A stretch of DNA of 64,000 nt, taken from an uncultured Actinomycetes bacterium (GTDB lineage Bacteria > Actinomycetota > Thermoleophilia > RBG-16-64-13). Location of the stretch: positions 18,151 to 82,150 of the forward strand of contig CAMTXC010000010.1 in the NCBI GenBank assembly GCA_947085635.1. Direction: 5' to 3'. The notes below the pieces were generated by a model. That model was not told the DNA's origin. It did no database searches and worked only from the letters and a program-made list of their open reading frames with translations. Numbering within the stretch: the stretch's first letter is position 1; every line of letters begins with the position of its first letter. Both the position numbers and the translations under genes were made by a program. Below are positions 46,143-54,614 of the stretch, in pieces.

Positions 46143-47854
46143 CAGTACTTCCGCTCCTGTGGTTCGAACATCCCGAGGGTGACGGCCTTGTAGTCGAGAC
46201 GCGGGCCGTCCGGTGTGTGGAAGGCCAGCGTGTGCTTGAGCCACTGGGCGTCGTCGCGCTCCAGGAAGTCGGTGCGCGAGTGTGAGCCCCGCGACTCGGT
46301 ACGCTCGAGCGCCCCGGCCGCGATACCGAGGGCCACGTCCACCATGCCCTCGAGCTCCACGGTACGAATCATGTCCAAGTTGAACACACCGCCCGCGTGA
46401 CGCAACCCGATCTTCTTCACCCGCTGCTTCAGCTCCACCATCGTGTCGAGACCCACCTGCATGACGGAGGCTTCGCGGAACACGCCGAAGTGCTCCTTCA
46501 TGGTGGTGGTCATGCCCGTGCGGATGGCGTAGGGGTCTTCCGCATCGGGGGCTCCCGCCCGCGCCGCCAGCTCTTCCACCTGGGCCAGGGCCGCCTTCAC
46601 GGCCGCCTCGCCCGCCGCCGCGCCCTGCTTCTTGGCGGGGAGCGCGTTGATGTACTCGGCGGCCGCCGCACCGGCCCGCCGCCCGAACACCACGGTCTCG
46701 AGGAGCGAGTTGCCGCCGAGGCGGTTCGCGCCGTGCACCGACACGCAGGCGCACTCCCCGGCCGCGTAGAGGCCGGGCATGGTGGTGCGGCCGTCCATGT
46801 CGGTGTCGATGCCGCCCATGGAGTAGTGCTGGCTCGGAACGATCGGGATGGGCTCCTCCACCGGATCGACGCCCTCGAAGTGGATGGCAAGATCGCGAAT
46901 GCCGGGCAGATTCTCCATGATCTTCTGGGCGCCCAGGTGCCGCAGGTCGAGGTGCACGTACCCCTTCCCGCCGATACCGCGCCCCTCGTTGATCTCGGTC
47001 TGGATGGAGCGCGACGTGATGTCGCGCGGCGCAAGCTCCATGGCCTTCGGCGCATACTTCTCCATGAAGCGTTCCCCGAGGTCGTTCACCAGGTAGCCCC
47101 CCTCACCGCGGGCGCCCTCGGTCATGAGGATGTTCGTGGTGAGCAGGCCTGTGGGATGGAACTGCACGAACTCCAGGTCTTTGAGAGCAACGCCCGCGTG
47201 ATACGCCATCGCCATGCCGTACCCGGTGGAGATGATGGCGTTGGTGGAGTTGCTGTACACCCGACCGGCCCCGCCGGTGGCGATCACCACCGCCTCACTC
47301 TGGAAGAGCTCGAACCCGCCCCGGGTCATATCGTAGGCGATGACACCGCGACACACCCCCTCGTCTACCACCAAGCGGGCGACGAACCACTCCACGTACA
47401 TGGGCACGCGGGCCTCGATGGCCTGTTCGACCATGGTGTGGAGCATGTAATGACCGGTCTTGTCGGCCCCGTAGCAGGTGCGCGGGTAGCCGGCGCCGCC
47501 GAAGGGGCGCTGGGCGATACGCCCGTCGTCGAAGCGGGAGAACGGACAGCCGGCATGCTCCAGCTCGTAGATCACGGGAATCGCGTCTCTGGTCATCTGA
47601 GCGACGGCGTCCTGGTCGGCCAGGTAGTCGGAGCCCTTCACGGTGTCGAACGCGTGCTTCTCCCACGTGTCGTCGGCCGACTCCGGGTGGTTGGCGAGCG
47701 CCGCGTTCAACCCGCCTTGGGCCGCGCCCGAGTGACTCCGGCCCGGCCACACCTGCGAGATGATGGCCACGTCGATGCCCTGCTTCTTGGCTTCGATCGC
47801 CGCGCGGAGGCCGGCGAGACCTCCGCCCACGATCACAAGCTCGTGATAGATCAT
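46142..47854 (-). CDS. sdhA: succinate dehydrogenase/fumarate reductase flavoprotein subunit
   Basis: 570 aa; IVGGGLAGLRAAI, RSHSGAAQGG, HPTGLLTTNILMTEGARGEGG; part of sdhCDAB. Confidence 0.9.
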   Translation of the reverse strand: MIYHELVIVGGGLAGLRAAIEAKKQGIDVAIISQVWPGRSHSGAAQGGLNAALANHPESADDTWEKHAFDTVKGSDYLADQDAVAQMTRDAIPVIYELEHAGCPFSRFDDGRIAQRPFGGAGYPRTCYGADKTGHYMLHTMVEQAIEARVPMYVEWFVARLVVDEGVCRGVIAYDMTRGGFELFQSEAVVIATGGAGRVYSNSTNAIISTGYGMAMAYHAGVALKDLEFVQFHPTGLLTTNILMTEGARGEGGYLVNDLGERFMEKYAPKAMELAPRDITSRSIQTEINEGRGIGGKGYVHLDLRHLGAQKIMENLPGIRDLAIHFEGVDPVEEPIPIVPSQHYSMGGIDTDMDGRTTMPGLYAAGECACVSVHGANRLGGNSLLETVVFGRRAGAAAAEYINALPAKKQGAAAGEAAVKAALAQVEELAARAGAPDAEDPYAIRTGMTTTMKEHFGVFREASVMQVGLDTMVELKQRVKKIGLRHAGGVFNLDMIRTVELEGMVDVALGIAAGALERTESRGSHSRTDFLERDDAQWLKHTLAFHTPDGPRLDYKAVTLGMFEPQERKY

Positions 47855-47870
47855 CCGCTGGTCCCTTTCC

Positions 47871-48197
47871 CTACGCGGTCAGCCACGGCCAGAGTGCCCA
47901 CGTGCCGTAGCCGAAGGCGGCCACGCCGAACGCGAAGAGCCCCCAGCTGAGCATGGTCTTGCTCCGTCCCGAAAAACCGTAGTCGAGCAGCACCATCCGC
48001 AACCCGTTCAGGGCGTGGAAGATGCCCGCTCCGAGGAGGGCGAAGTCCACCACCACGAAGAACGGCATGGCAAGCCGACCGGCCACGTTCTCGTAGGAGA
48101 GTTCCCCCAAGTTCAACACGTGGGTTACCACGATGTGCACGCCGAGCCCCAAGATGAGCACCACTGCCGTCACCCGCTGCAGGAGCCACAGCCACAT
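47871..48197 (-). CDS. sdhD: succinate dehydrogenase membrane anchor subunit
   Basis: Start ATG 48197 (GGGAGG SD): MWLWLLQRVTAVVLILGLGVHIV..., 3 TM, heme-ligand His region. Confidence 0.6.
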   Translation of the reverse strand: MWLWLLQRVTAVVLILGLGVHIVVTHVLNLGELSYENVAGRLAMPFFVVVDFALLGAGIFHALNGLRMVLLDYGFSGRSKTMLSWGLFAFGVAAFGYGTWALWPWLTA

Positions 48198-48270
48198 GCC
48201 TCCCGCGCTCTCTTCGATCACTCCCTGTCTCACCGATGGACTCCTGTCACGCGCCGTCTCAGGCACCGTC

Positions 48271-48669
48271 TCACGCGCCGTGTGAGGCGATGAACGATAG
48301 CGATATGTAGGCGAACACGGCCATGATGACCACGGAGGCCGCAATGACCGCCCAGAACAACGTCTTCTGCCGCCGGATCGCCACACCCAGGTCGAACAGC
48401 AGCACTCGGATGCCGTTCAAGGCGTGGTAGACAACGGCTGCCAGAAGGAAGAGGTCGAGCACGATGAACAGCGGGCTCTCCAGGGTCTCGAACATCGTGT
48501 TGAAACCCTCGGCGCCGGTCGCCGCTCCACGGGAGATCACCCAGATGTGGGCGAACAGATAGAGAGCGAGGGCCACGCCGCTCACCCGATGGAAGAGCCA
48601 GGCCCACATGCCCGCGCCCTTCCAGAGACCGGCCCCTACGTTGGCCGTCTCCCGGTGCTTCTGACTCAA
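48271..48669 (-). CDS. sdhC: succinate dehydrogenase cytochrome b subunit
   Basis: 132 aa, 3 TM (MWAWLFHRVSGVALALYLFAHIW...), 4-nt overlap with upstream fumarase beta gene. Confidence 0.65.
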   Translation of the reverse strand: MSQKHRETANVGAGLWKGAGMWAWLFHRVSGVALALYLFAHIWVISRGAATGAEGFNTMFETLESPLFIVLDLFLLAAVVYHALNGIRVLLFDLGVAIRRQKTLFWAVIAASVVIMAVFAYISLSFIASHGA

Positions 48670-49226
48670 GACCCCACCTTCCTTTCGAACTGCAGGCGCC
48701 CTTGCTCGTAGAGGTCGCCACCATAGATGTCGTTCACCACGATGGCGGGGAACTCCACCACACGCATCTCCCTGATGGCCTCGGGGCCGAGATCTTCATA
48801 GGCGATCACCGGCGCCGCCTCGATGCGTTGCGCGATGAGCGCGGCCGCTCCCCCCACCGCGGCGAAATACACGGCCCTGTTGCGCACGATGGCGTCTTTC
48901 ACAGCCTGGTTCCGGTACCCCTTGCCTATCATGCCTTTGAGGCCCATGTCTAGCAGAACCGGAGTGTAAGCGTCCATGCGGCCCGACGTGGTGGGGCCGA
49001 CCGAGCCGATGGGCCTGCCCGGCCTCGCGGGCGTAGGACCCGCGTAGTAGATGATCTGGCCGGCCACCTCCACCGGCAGAGGCTCGCCCTTCTCGATGAG
49101 TTCCGCCAGCCTTTTGTGAGCGGCGTCACGGGCGGCAAGGATGGTGCCGGTGATGAACACGCGGTCGCCCACGCGCAGGTCGGCGATCACGTCGTCGGTG
49201 AGAGGGGTGGCGACGTTCTTGTTCAT
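48666..49226 (-). CDS. class I fumarate hydratase (Fe-S hydro-lyase, tartrate/fumarate type) beta subunit
   Basis: 186 aa; ...RVFITGTILAARDAAHKRL...GPTTSGRMD... beta-subunit family. Confidence 0.8.
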   Translation of the reverse strand: MNKNVATPLTDDVIADLRVGDRVFITGTILAARDAAHKRLAELIEKGEPLPVEVAGQIIYYAGPTPARPGRPIGSVGPTTSGRMDAYTPVLLDMGLKGMIGKGYRNQAVKDAIVRNRAVYFAAVGGAAALIAQRIEAAPVIAYEDLGPEAIREMRVVEFPAIVVNDIYGGDLYEQGRLQFERKVGS

Positions 49227-50071
49227 CAGATCACCACCTGCTTATGTCGGGCCGAGTGGCACTGGATGTTCACCGCCACCGGCAGCGACGCGATGTGGGC
49301 GGGGGCATCTTCCACGAACACGTCCATGACGGTGATGCGACCTCCCAAGCCCTGCGGCCCGATACCCAGGTCGTTGCAGCGGCGCTCGAGTTCGTCCTCG
49401 AGTTCGGCCAGGCGCGGTTCGGGGTTGCTTGAGCCCACCTCGCGCATGAGCGAGTGCTTCGCGAGCAGCGCCGCGCCCTCGAACGTGCTGCCCACGCCCA
49501 CGCCCACCACCATGGGCGGGCAGGCGTTGGGCCCGGCTCTGGCGACCGTATCGACCACGAAGTCCACCACACCCGGCCGCCCTTGCGAGGGCTTCAGCAT
49601 CGAAAGCGCGCTCATGTTCTCGGCTCCGCCGCCTTTGGGAGCCAGGGTGATCTTCACCCGGTCGCCCGGCACGATGCTCGTGTGCACCACGGCCGGAGTG
49701 TTGTCGCCGGTGTTCCTGCGCTCGCTGAAGGGGGCCTCTACCGAAGACTTGCGCAGGAAGCCGTCGCCGTACCCACGGCGCACCCCCTCGTCGATCGCGG
49801 AGCCCAGGTCGCCCCCCACGAAGTGCACGTCTTGCCCCACTTCCAGGAACACCACGGCCAGACCGGTGTCCTGGCACAGCGGCAGGTTCTCGGTGCGCGC
49901 GATGGCGGCGTTCTCCAGAAGCTGCTGGAACACGTCGCGCCCGGCCTCCGACTCCTCCTCCTCGACCGCCCGCTCGAAGAATCCCACCACATCGTCGCCG
50001 AGGTGGTAGCAGGCGTCGATCGCCAGCCGGGCGACGGCGTCACGGATCTCGCCGACGTCTATCTCTCTCAC
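49226..50071 (-). CDS. class I fumarate hydratase alpha subunit
   Basis: 281 aa; ...LPLCQDTGLAVVFLEVGQD... Fe-S ligand Cys pattern of FumA N-domain; 1-nt overlap with beta gene. Confidence 0.8.
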   Translation of the reverse strand: MREIDVGEIRDAVARLAIDACYHLGDDVVGFFERAVEEEESEAGRDVFQQLLENAAIARTENLPLCQDTGLAVVFLEVGQDVHFVGGDLGSAIDEGVRRGYGDGFLRKSSVEAPFSERRNTGDNTPAVVHTSIVPGDRVKITLAPKGGGAENMSALSMLKPSQGRPGVVDFVVDTVARAGPNACPPMVVGVGVGSTFEGAALLAKHSLMREVGSSNPEPRLAELEDELERRCNDLGIGPQGLGGRITVMDVFVEDAPAHIASLPVAVNIQCHSARHKQVVI

Positions 50072-50098
50072 TTCGCCCCTCCTTCCGCAGTGAGCACC

Positions 50099-51331
50099 CT
50101 ACTCGACACAGGAGAGGTCGAGCATCTGCTCGGTGCGCCGGCGCACCTCTTCGGGGTCCTTGGGGCTGCGGGCCTTGCCGTCCTCGATGGCCGCCCGCGC
50201 GACGGCGGCGGCCACGGCCGGCGCCACACGAAGGTCGAAGGCTTCAGGGATCACGTGGTCGGGCGAGAGGTCGTCGCCCACCAGGTCGGCGAGCGCGTGG
50301 GCGGCGGCGATCTTCATGTTCTCGGTTATGTGGGTGGCCCGCACGTCGAGGGCGCCCCGGAAGATGCCGGGGAACCCGAGCACATTGTTCACCTGGTTCG
50401 GAAAGTCGCTGCGCCCGGTGCCGACGACGGCAGCCCCGGCTTCGCGCGCCAAATGGGGCATGATCTCAGGGTCGGGGTTGGCCATGGCGAAGATGATCGC
50501 GTCCTTCTCCATGGAGCGGACCATGTCTTGGGTGACCGCGTCCTTCACCGACACGCCGATGAAGCAGTTCGAACCCTCCATGGCGTCGGTGAGCGAGCCG
50601 CAGCGGTCGTTCTTGTTCGTGCGCTCGAGCATCTCGCGCTTCACCGGGTTCAGGTCTTCGCGCTCGGAGCAGACGATGCCCTTGCTGTCGACCAGCATCA
50701 CGTCGCGCACGCCCAGGTCGAGCATGAGTTTCGCGCAGGCGATGCCGGCCGCGCCGGCGCCGTTCACCACCACGTGAAGGTCGCTCAACCCCCGTCCCGT
50801 GATGCGGCAGGCGTTGATGATGCCCGAGAGGCAGACGACCGCGGTGCCGTGCTGATCGTCGTGGAAGATGGGGATATCGGTGGACTCCTTCAGGCGCTTC
50901 TCGATGTCGAAGCAGCGCGGGGCGGAGATGTCCTCGAGGTTCACGCCGCCGAACGACGGCACGAGCAGCTGCACGGTGCGAACGATCTCGTCGGGATCCT
51001 GGGTGTCGAGGCAGATGGGGAACGCGTCCACCCCGGCGAAAGCCTTGAAGAGCACGGCTTTGCCTTCCATGACCGGCATGGCGGCTTTGGGGCCGATGTT
51101 GCCGAGCCCGAGCACCGCCGACCCGTCGGACACCACGGCCACCATGTTCCAGCGCCGGGTGTATACGTCGACCAGCTCGGGGTTCTTGTGGATCTCGCGG
51201 CACGGTTCGGCGACCCCAGGCGTGTATGCCATCGAAAGATCGTGCTTGCAGCCGGTGTGCACCCGGCTCACGACCTCGATTTTTCCGCGCCACTCGGTGT
51301 GTAGCCGTAGGGCTTCTTCCTGGATGTTCAC
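50099..51331 (-). CDS. NAD(P)-dependent malic enzyme (short form)
   Basis: 410 aa; ...LSMAYTPGVAEPC..., FHDDQHGTAVV, VVNGAGAAGIACAKLM. Confidence 0.85.
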   Translation of the reverse strand: MNIQEEALRLHTEWRGKIEVVSRVHTGCKHDLSMAYTPGVAEPCREIHKNPELVDVYTRRWNMVAVVSDGSAVLGLGNIGPKAAMPVMEGKAVLFKAFAGVDAFPICLDTQDPDEIVRTVQLLVPSFGGVNLEDISAPRCFDIEKRLKESTDIPIFHDDQHGTAVVCLSGIINACRITGRGLSDLHVVVNGAGAAGIACAKLMLDLGVRDVMLVDSKGIVCSEREDLNPVKREMLERTNKNDRCGSLTDAMEGSNCFIGVSVKDAVTQDMVRSMEKDAIIFAMANPDPEIMPHLAREAGAAVVGTGRSDFPNQVNNVLGFPGIFRGALDVRATHITENMKIAAAHALADLVGDDLSPDHVIPEAFDLRVAPAVAAAVARAAIEDGKARSPKDPEEVRRRTEQMLDLSCVE

Positions 51332-51762
51332 TCCGAGCCTCCTTGCTCCGGTCGCGGGGCCCGCGGGCCCCCGATCCGCGCCGGCCCCTGGAATGCAGAA
51401 GATCCAGCAACCGACGCCGCGATCTAAACGATCTCACTCAGCATCGACGCTGGATCACCAGAGCTCCCACCGCACCGGAGTCCCGGGAGAAACGACTCAC
51501 CGGACCGGCGACGGCCGCCGTAGCGACAGCTATGTTCGCGCACACAGGCGCTTCTAGTATTCATAACATACTGGGGGGATTCCTGCCAGGGGCGGGCGGC
51601 AGCCCGGGACCCTTACTCGGGGCAGCTCCGCTCAGCCCCCTGTCGTGTACGACTGCTTGTCCAGGCCCCACCAGGCGGGTAGACTCCGCGTACCTCGCCG
51701 GCGATGATCCCTGGGTACGCCGTGAGGGCGTGGCCACCCAGGATCGGAGGAATAGGGGGAAT

Positions 51763-52746
51763 ATGCGCGTTCTCTCGGGCATCCAGCCGTCTGGACGGCT
51801 GCACATAGGCAACTACTTCGGCGCCATCCGGCAGCATCTTCAGCTGCAGGCCGAGAACGAGGCCTTCTACTTCATGGCCAGCTACCACGCGCTCACCACG
51901 GTGCAGGACCCCAACGAGCTGCGGACCCTCACGCTGGGCGTGGCCATGGACTACCTGGCTCTGGGCCTCGACCCGGAGAAGACGGCCCTCTTCACCCAGC
52001 AGGACGTGCCCGCGGTGACCGAGCTCACCTGGATCCTCTCGTGCGTCACGCCCGTGGGACTCCTCGAGCGGGCGGTGAGCTACAAGGACAAAGTGGCCCA
52101 GGGGATTATGGCCAACCACGGCCTCTTCGCCTACCCGGTGCTGCAGGCCGCCGACATCCTGATCTACCTCTCGAACCTGGTGCCGGTGGGGCAGGATCAG
52201 AGGCAGCACATCGAGATCACCCGCGACATCGCCGCAAAGTTCAACGCTCAGTTCGGCGAGATCCTCGTGATCCCCGAACCGTACATCCTTGAAGAGACCG
52301 CCGTGGTACCGGGCATCGACGGCCGCAAGATGTCGAAGAGCTACGGCAACGAGATCGGCATGTTCGAGGAGGGTAAGAGCCTCAAGAAGAAGGTGATGAG
52401 CATCGTCACCGACTCGGCGGGCGTCGAAGACACGAAGGACCCGGCCGAGTCCACGCCCTACCTGCTCCTCAGCCTCATGGCTTCGCCCGATGAGACCCAG
52501 GCATGGGCCGAGCGCTACAAGAACGGGGGGATGGGCTACGGTGAAGTGAAGAAGCGCCTACTGGAGCTCCTCGACGAGACGTTCGGCCCCTATCGCGAGC
52601 GCCGGCGGGAGCTCGAGTCCGACCCCGCCTACGTGGCCGACGTGCTCCGCGAGGGCGGCCGGCGCGCCCGCCATGTGGCCAACAGCGTCATGGAACAGGT
52701 GCGGGAAGCGGTGGGCCTACCCATCTCCTACGAGCCCCCGCGATAG
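51763..52746 (+). CDS. trpS: tryptophan--tRNA ligase
   Basis: Start ATG 51763 (GGAGG/GGGGGA SD); GIQPSGRLHIGNY (HIGH), KMSKS present; 327 aa. Confidence 0.9.
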   Translation: MRVLSGIQPSGRLHIGNYFGAIRQHLQLQAENEAFYFMASYHALTTVQDPNELRTLTLGVAMDYLALGLDPEKTALFTQQDVPAVTELTWILSCVTPVGLLERAVSYKDKVAQGIMANHGLFAYPVLQAADILIYLSNLVPVGQDQRQHIEITRDIAAKFNAQFGEILVIPEPYILEETAVVPGIDGRKMSKSYGNEIGMFEEGKSLKKKVMSIVTDSAGVEDTKDPAESTPYLLLSLMASPDETQAWAERYKNGGMGYGEVKKRLLELLDETFGPYRERRRELESDPAYVADVLREGGRRARHVANSVMEQVREAVGLPISYEPPR

Positions 52747-52780
52747 ACAAGCCCCCGCGATAGACAAGCCCTCGCGATAG
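52734..52780 (+). repeat. 17-bp tandem direct repeat (about 2.8 copies) spanning the trpS stop codon
   Basis: GCCCCCGCGATAGACAA at 52734-52750 and 52751-52767, then GCCCTCGCGATAG. Confidence 0.6.
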
Positions 52781-52793
52781 GAGACTGCGCGAC

Positions 52794-53474
52794 GTGACCA
52801 CGGAATCCGCCGACAGCCTGGAGCGTGTCGAACTCTACGTGCAACGCCTAGAGGCGCTGCACCGGCTGATAGCGGGCGTGACTCACGAGATCAACAACCC
52901 GCTCACCTCCGTCCAGGGACTCGTGGCGCTCCTGGAGGGTGAGGTCGAAGACGAGCAGGCCAGGCAGGACCTCAAGATCGTGGGCGGAGAGGTACGCCGG
53001 GCGGTGCAGATCGTGAGAGGTCTGCGGGCGTTCGCGGGCAGGATCGGCGAGGAGCCCCAGCCGTGCTCGCTGAGCCGCATCGTGAACTTGGTGACCGATG
53101 CGCGCGGCTACGAGACGAGGGCGAAGGGCATCGACCTCCAAGTGGACACCACACCAAACCTGCCCCTCGTGGTGGCGACACCCGCCGACCTGCATCAGCT
53201 CGTGCTCATGCTCCTGCTGCGGGCTGAAGAAGCCGCGATGCGCATGCCGTACGTGGAAGGGTCGCCCCCGCAGGCGGTGCACCTGGCCGTGACCACGGCC
53301 CCGAACACCGTGCTGCTCACCGTGGACGACGGAGGGCCGCCGCCGGCCGCCGCCGTGGACCCGATCCTGCGCGCCTGCTCCCTCGCAGCCGCCGACCTCG
53401 GCGGGTCGTTGGACGTAGACGAGCGGCCGAGCGGAGGCACGCGGGTCACGGTGACCCTTCCCGCCTGTCTCTGA
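52794..53474 (+). CDS. minimal cytoplasmic histidine kinase (HisKA + HATPase_c only)
   Basis: GTG start; phospho-His box VTHEINNPLTSV; C-terminal G-box-like DLGGSLDVDERPSGGTRV; no TM or sensor domain; no response regulator nearby. Confidence 0.7.
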   Translation: MTTESADSLERVELYVQRLEALHRLIAGVTHEINNPLTSVQGLVALLEGEVEDEQARQDLKIVGGEVRRAVQIVRGLRAFAGRIGEEPQPCSLSRIVNLVTDARGYETRAKGIDLQVDTTPNLPLVVATPADLHQLVLMLLLRAEEAAMRMPYVEGSPPQAVHLAVTTAPNTVLLTVDDGGPPPAAAVDPILRACSLAAADLGGSLDVDERPSGGTRVTVTLPACL

Positions 53475-53559
53475 GCGAGCGAAACGATACAAGTTCACAC
53501 CTGCGAGGACGGCGGGCCGGGCGAGAGAAAGGGCCAGGGCGCTCCACGGTCACGTCGGT

Positions 53560-53610
53560 GCGCCGCAAGGCTACCACCCACGGCGGGGCCTTGCGGCGCG
53601 CTTCCCTTCG
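53560..53610 (+). terminator. hairpin terminator candidate after histidine kinase gene
   Basis: GCGCCGCAAGGC (53560-71), 16-nt loop, GCCTTGCGGCGC (53588-99), then GCTTCCCTTCG. Confidence 0.4.
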
Positions 53611-53644
53611 TACCACGCTCCTTCCTACCGTGCCTCGCAGGGTC

Positions 53645-54613
53645 TCAAGCCACAAGCCCCTTCACCGTCTCGACGATGCGCTCGGCGGAGGGCACGTACA
53701 TGCTCTCGGCCAGAGGGCCGGGAGGTACGGGGATGTCGGGAGCGGCCACGCGGGCCACCGGCGCCTTCAGCAAGCCGAAGACCTTCTCGGCGGCCTCGGC
53801 GGCGATCTCGGAACCAACCGAACCCCGTTTCCGGCCCTCCTCCACGGTCACCAGGCGGCCGGTGCGGGCCACCGAGCCGAAGATGGTCTCCTGGTCGAGG
53901 GGCACCAACGTGCGCGGGTCGATCACCTCGGCTGAGATGCCCTCGGCCGCCAGCGTCTCCGCGGCTTCGAGCGCCTTGCCCACCATGCTGCCGATGGCGA
54001 CGATGGTCACGTCATCGCCGGGCCGCAGGACGTTGGCCTTGCCCAGCGGCACCAGGAACTCCTCGTCGGGCACCTCCTGAGGCACGAAGTAGAGGAACTT
54101 GTGCTCGAACACCAGCACCGGGTCGTCGTCGCGGACGGCCGTCTTCAGTAAACCGTAGGCGTCGGCGGCGTTGGACGGGGCCACCACCTTCAACCCGGGT
54201 GGGCCGACGAAGGAGGCCTCGGTCACCTGCGAGTGGTTGTAGCCGATGGCGAAGCCGGCGCCGCCCGCCGTGCGGATCACCAGGGGCACGCTGGTCTGTC
54301 CCCCGGTCATGTAGGTCCAGGAGGCGATCTGGTTGGCGATCTGGTCCATGGCCAGGTACATGAAGTCGGCGAACATGATCTCGGCTATGGGCCGCAGGCC
54401 GGTGATGGCCAGGCCCAGGGCCATGCCCGCGATGCCGTTCTCCCAGATGGGCGTGTTGATGACGCGGTCCTCGCCGAAACGCTGCGCCAAGCCGGAGGTG
54501 GTGCCGAACATGCCGGCGCGTACGTCCTCGCCTAACAACACCACCCGGTCGTCATGGGCAAGTTCCTCGGCCAAGGCTCTGTTCACCGCGGCTGCGTAGG
54601 GCATCTCGGCCAT
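53645..54613 (-). CDS. 2-oxoacid dehydrogenase E1 component beta subunit (PdhB/AcoB-like, transketolase-type)
   Basis: Start ATG 54613 (GGGGGAGGGGAG SD), 1 nt after E1-alpha stop: MAEMPYAAAVNRALAEEL... Confidence 0.85.
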   Translation of the reverse strand: MAEMPYAAAVNRALAEELAHDDRVVLLGEDVRAGMFGTTSGLAQRFGEDRVINTPIWENGIAGMALGLAITGLRPIAEIMFADFMYLAMDQIANQIASWTYMTGGQTSVPLVIRTAGGAGFAIGYNHSQVTEASFVGPPGLKVVAPSNAADAYGLLKTAVRDDDPVLVFEHKFLYFVPQEVPDEEFLVPLGKANVLRPGDDVTIVAIGSMVGKALEAAETLAAEGISAEVIDPRTLVPLDQETIFGSVARTGRLVTVEEGRKRGSVGSEIAAEAAEKVFGLLKAPVARVAAPDIPVPPGPLAESMYVPSAERIVETVKGLVA

Positions 54614-54614
54614 G

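Noticed and set aside
46397-47950. 517-aa plus-strand ORF across sdhA (and 45516..46193 across sdhB)
   Set aside because: Antisense to canonical SdhA/SdhB with intact cofactor motifs.
49454-51304. 616-aa plus-strand ORF spanning fumarase alpha and malic enzyme
   Set aside because: It crosses two real minus-strand genes and is His/Arg/Gly-rich junk.
51332-51762. Possible T-box leader upstream of trpS
   Set aside because: The sequence AGGGCGUGGCCACC resembles the T-box AGGGUGGNACC core only with two insertions. No specifier-loop/terminator architecture or U-tract before the SD is present. I treat the region as an ordinary divergent promoter.
52734-52780. CRISPR array
   Set aside because: The only tandem repeats in the window are 2-3 units of 17-18 bp with no spacers and no cas genes. 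This is not a CRISPR array.
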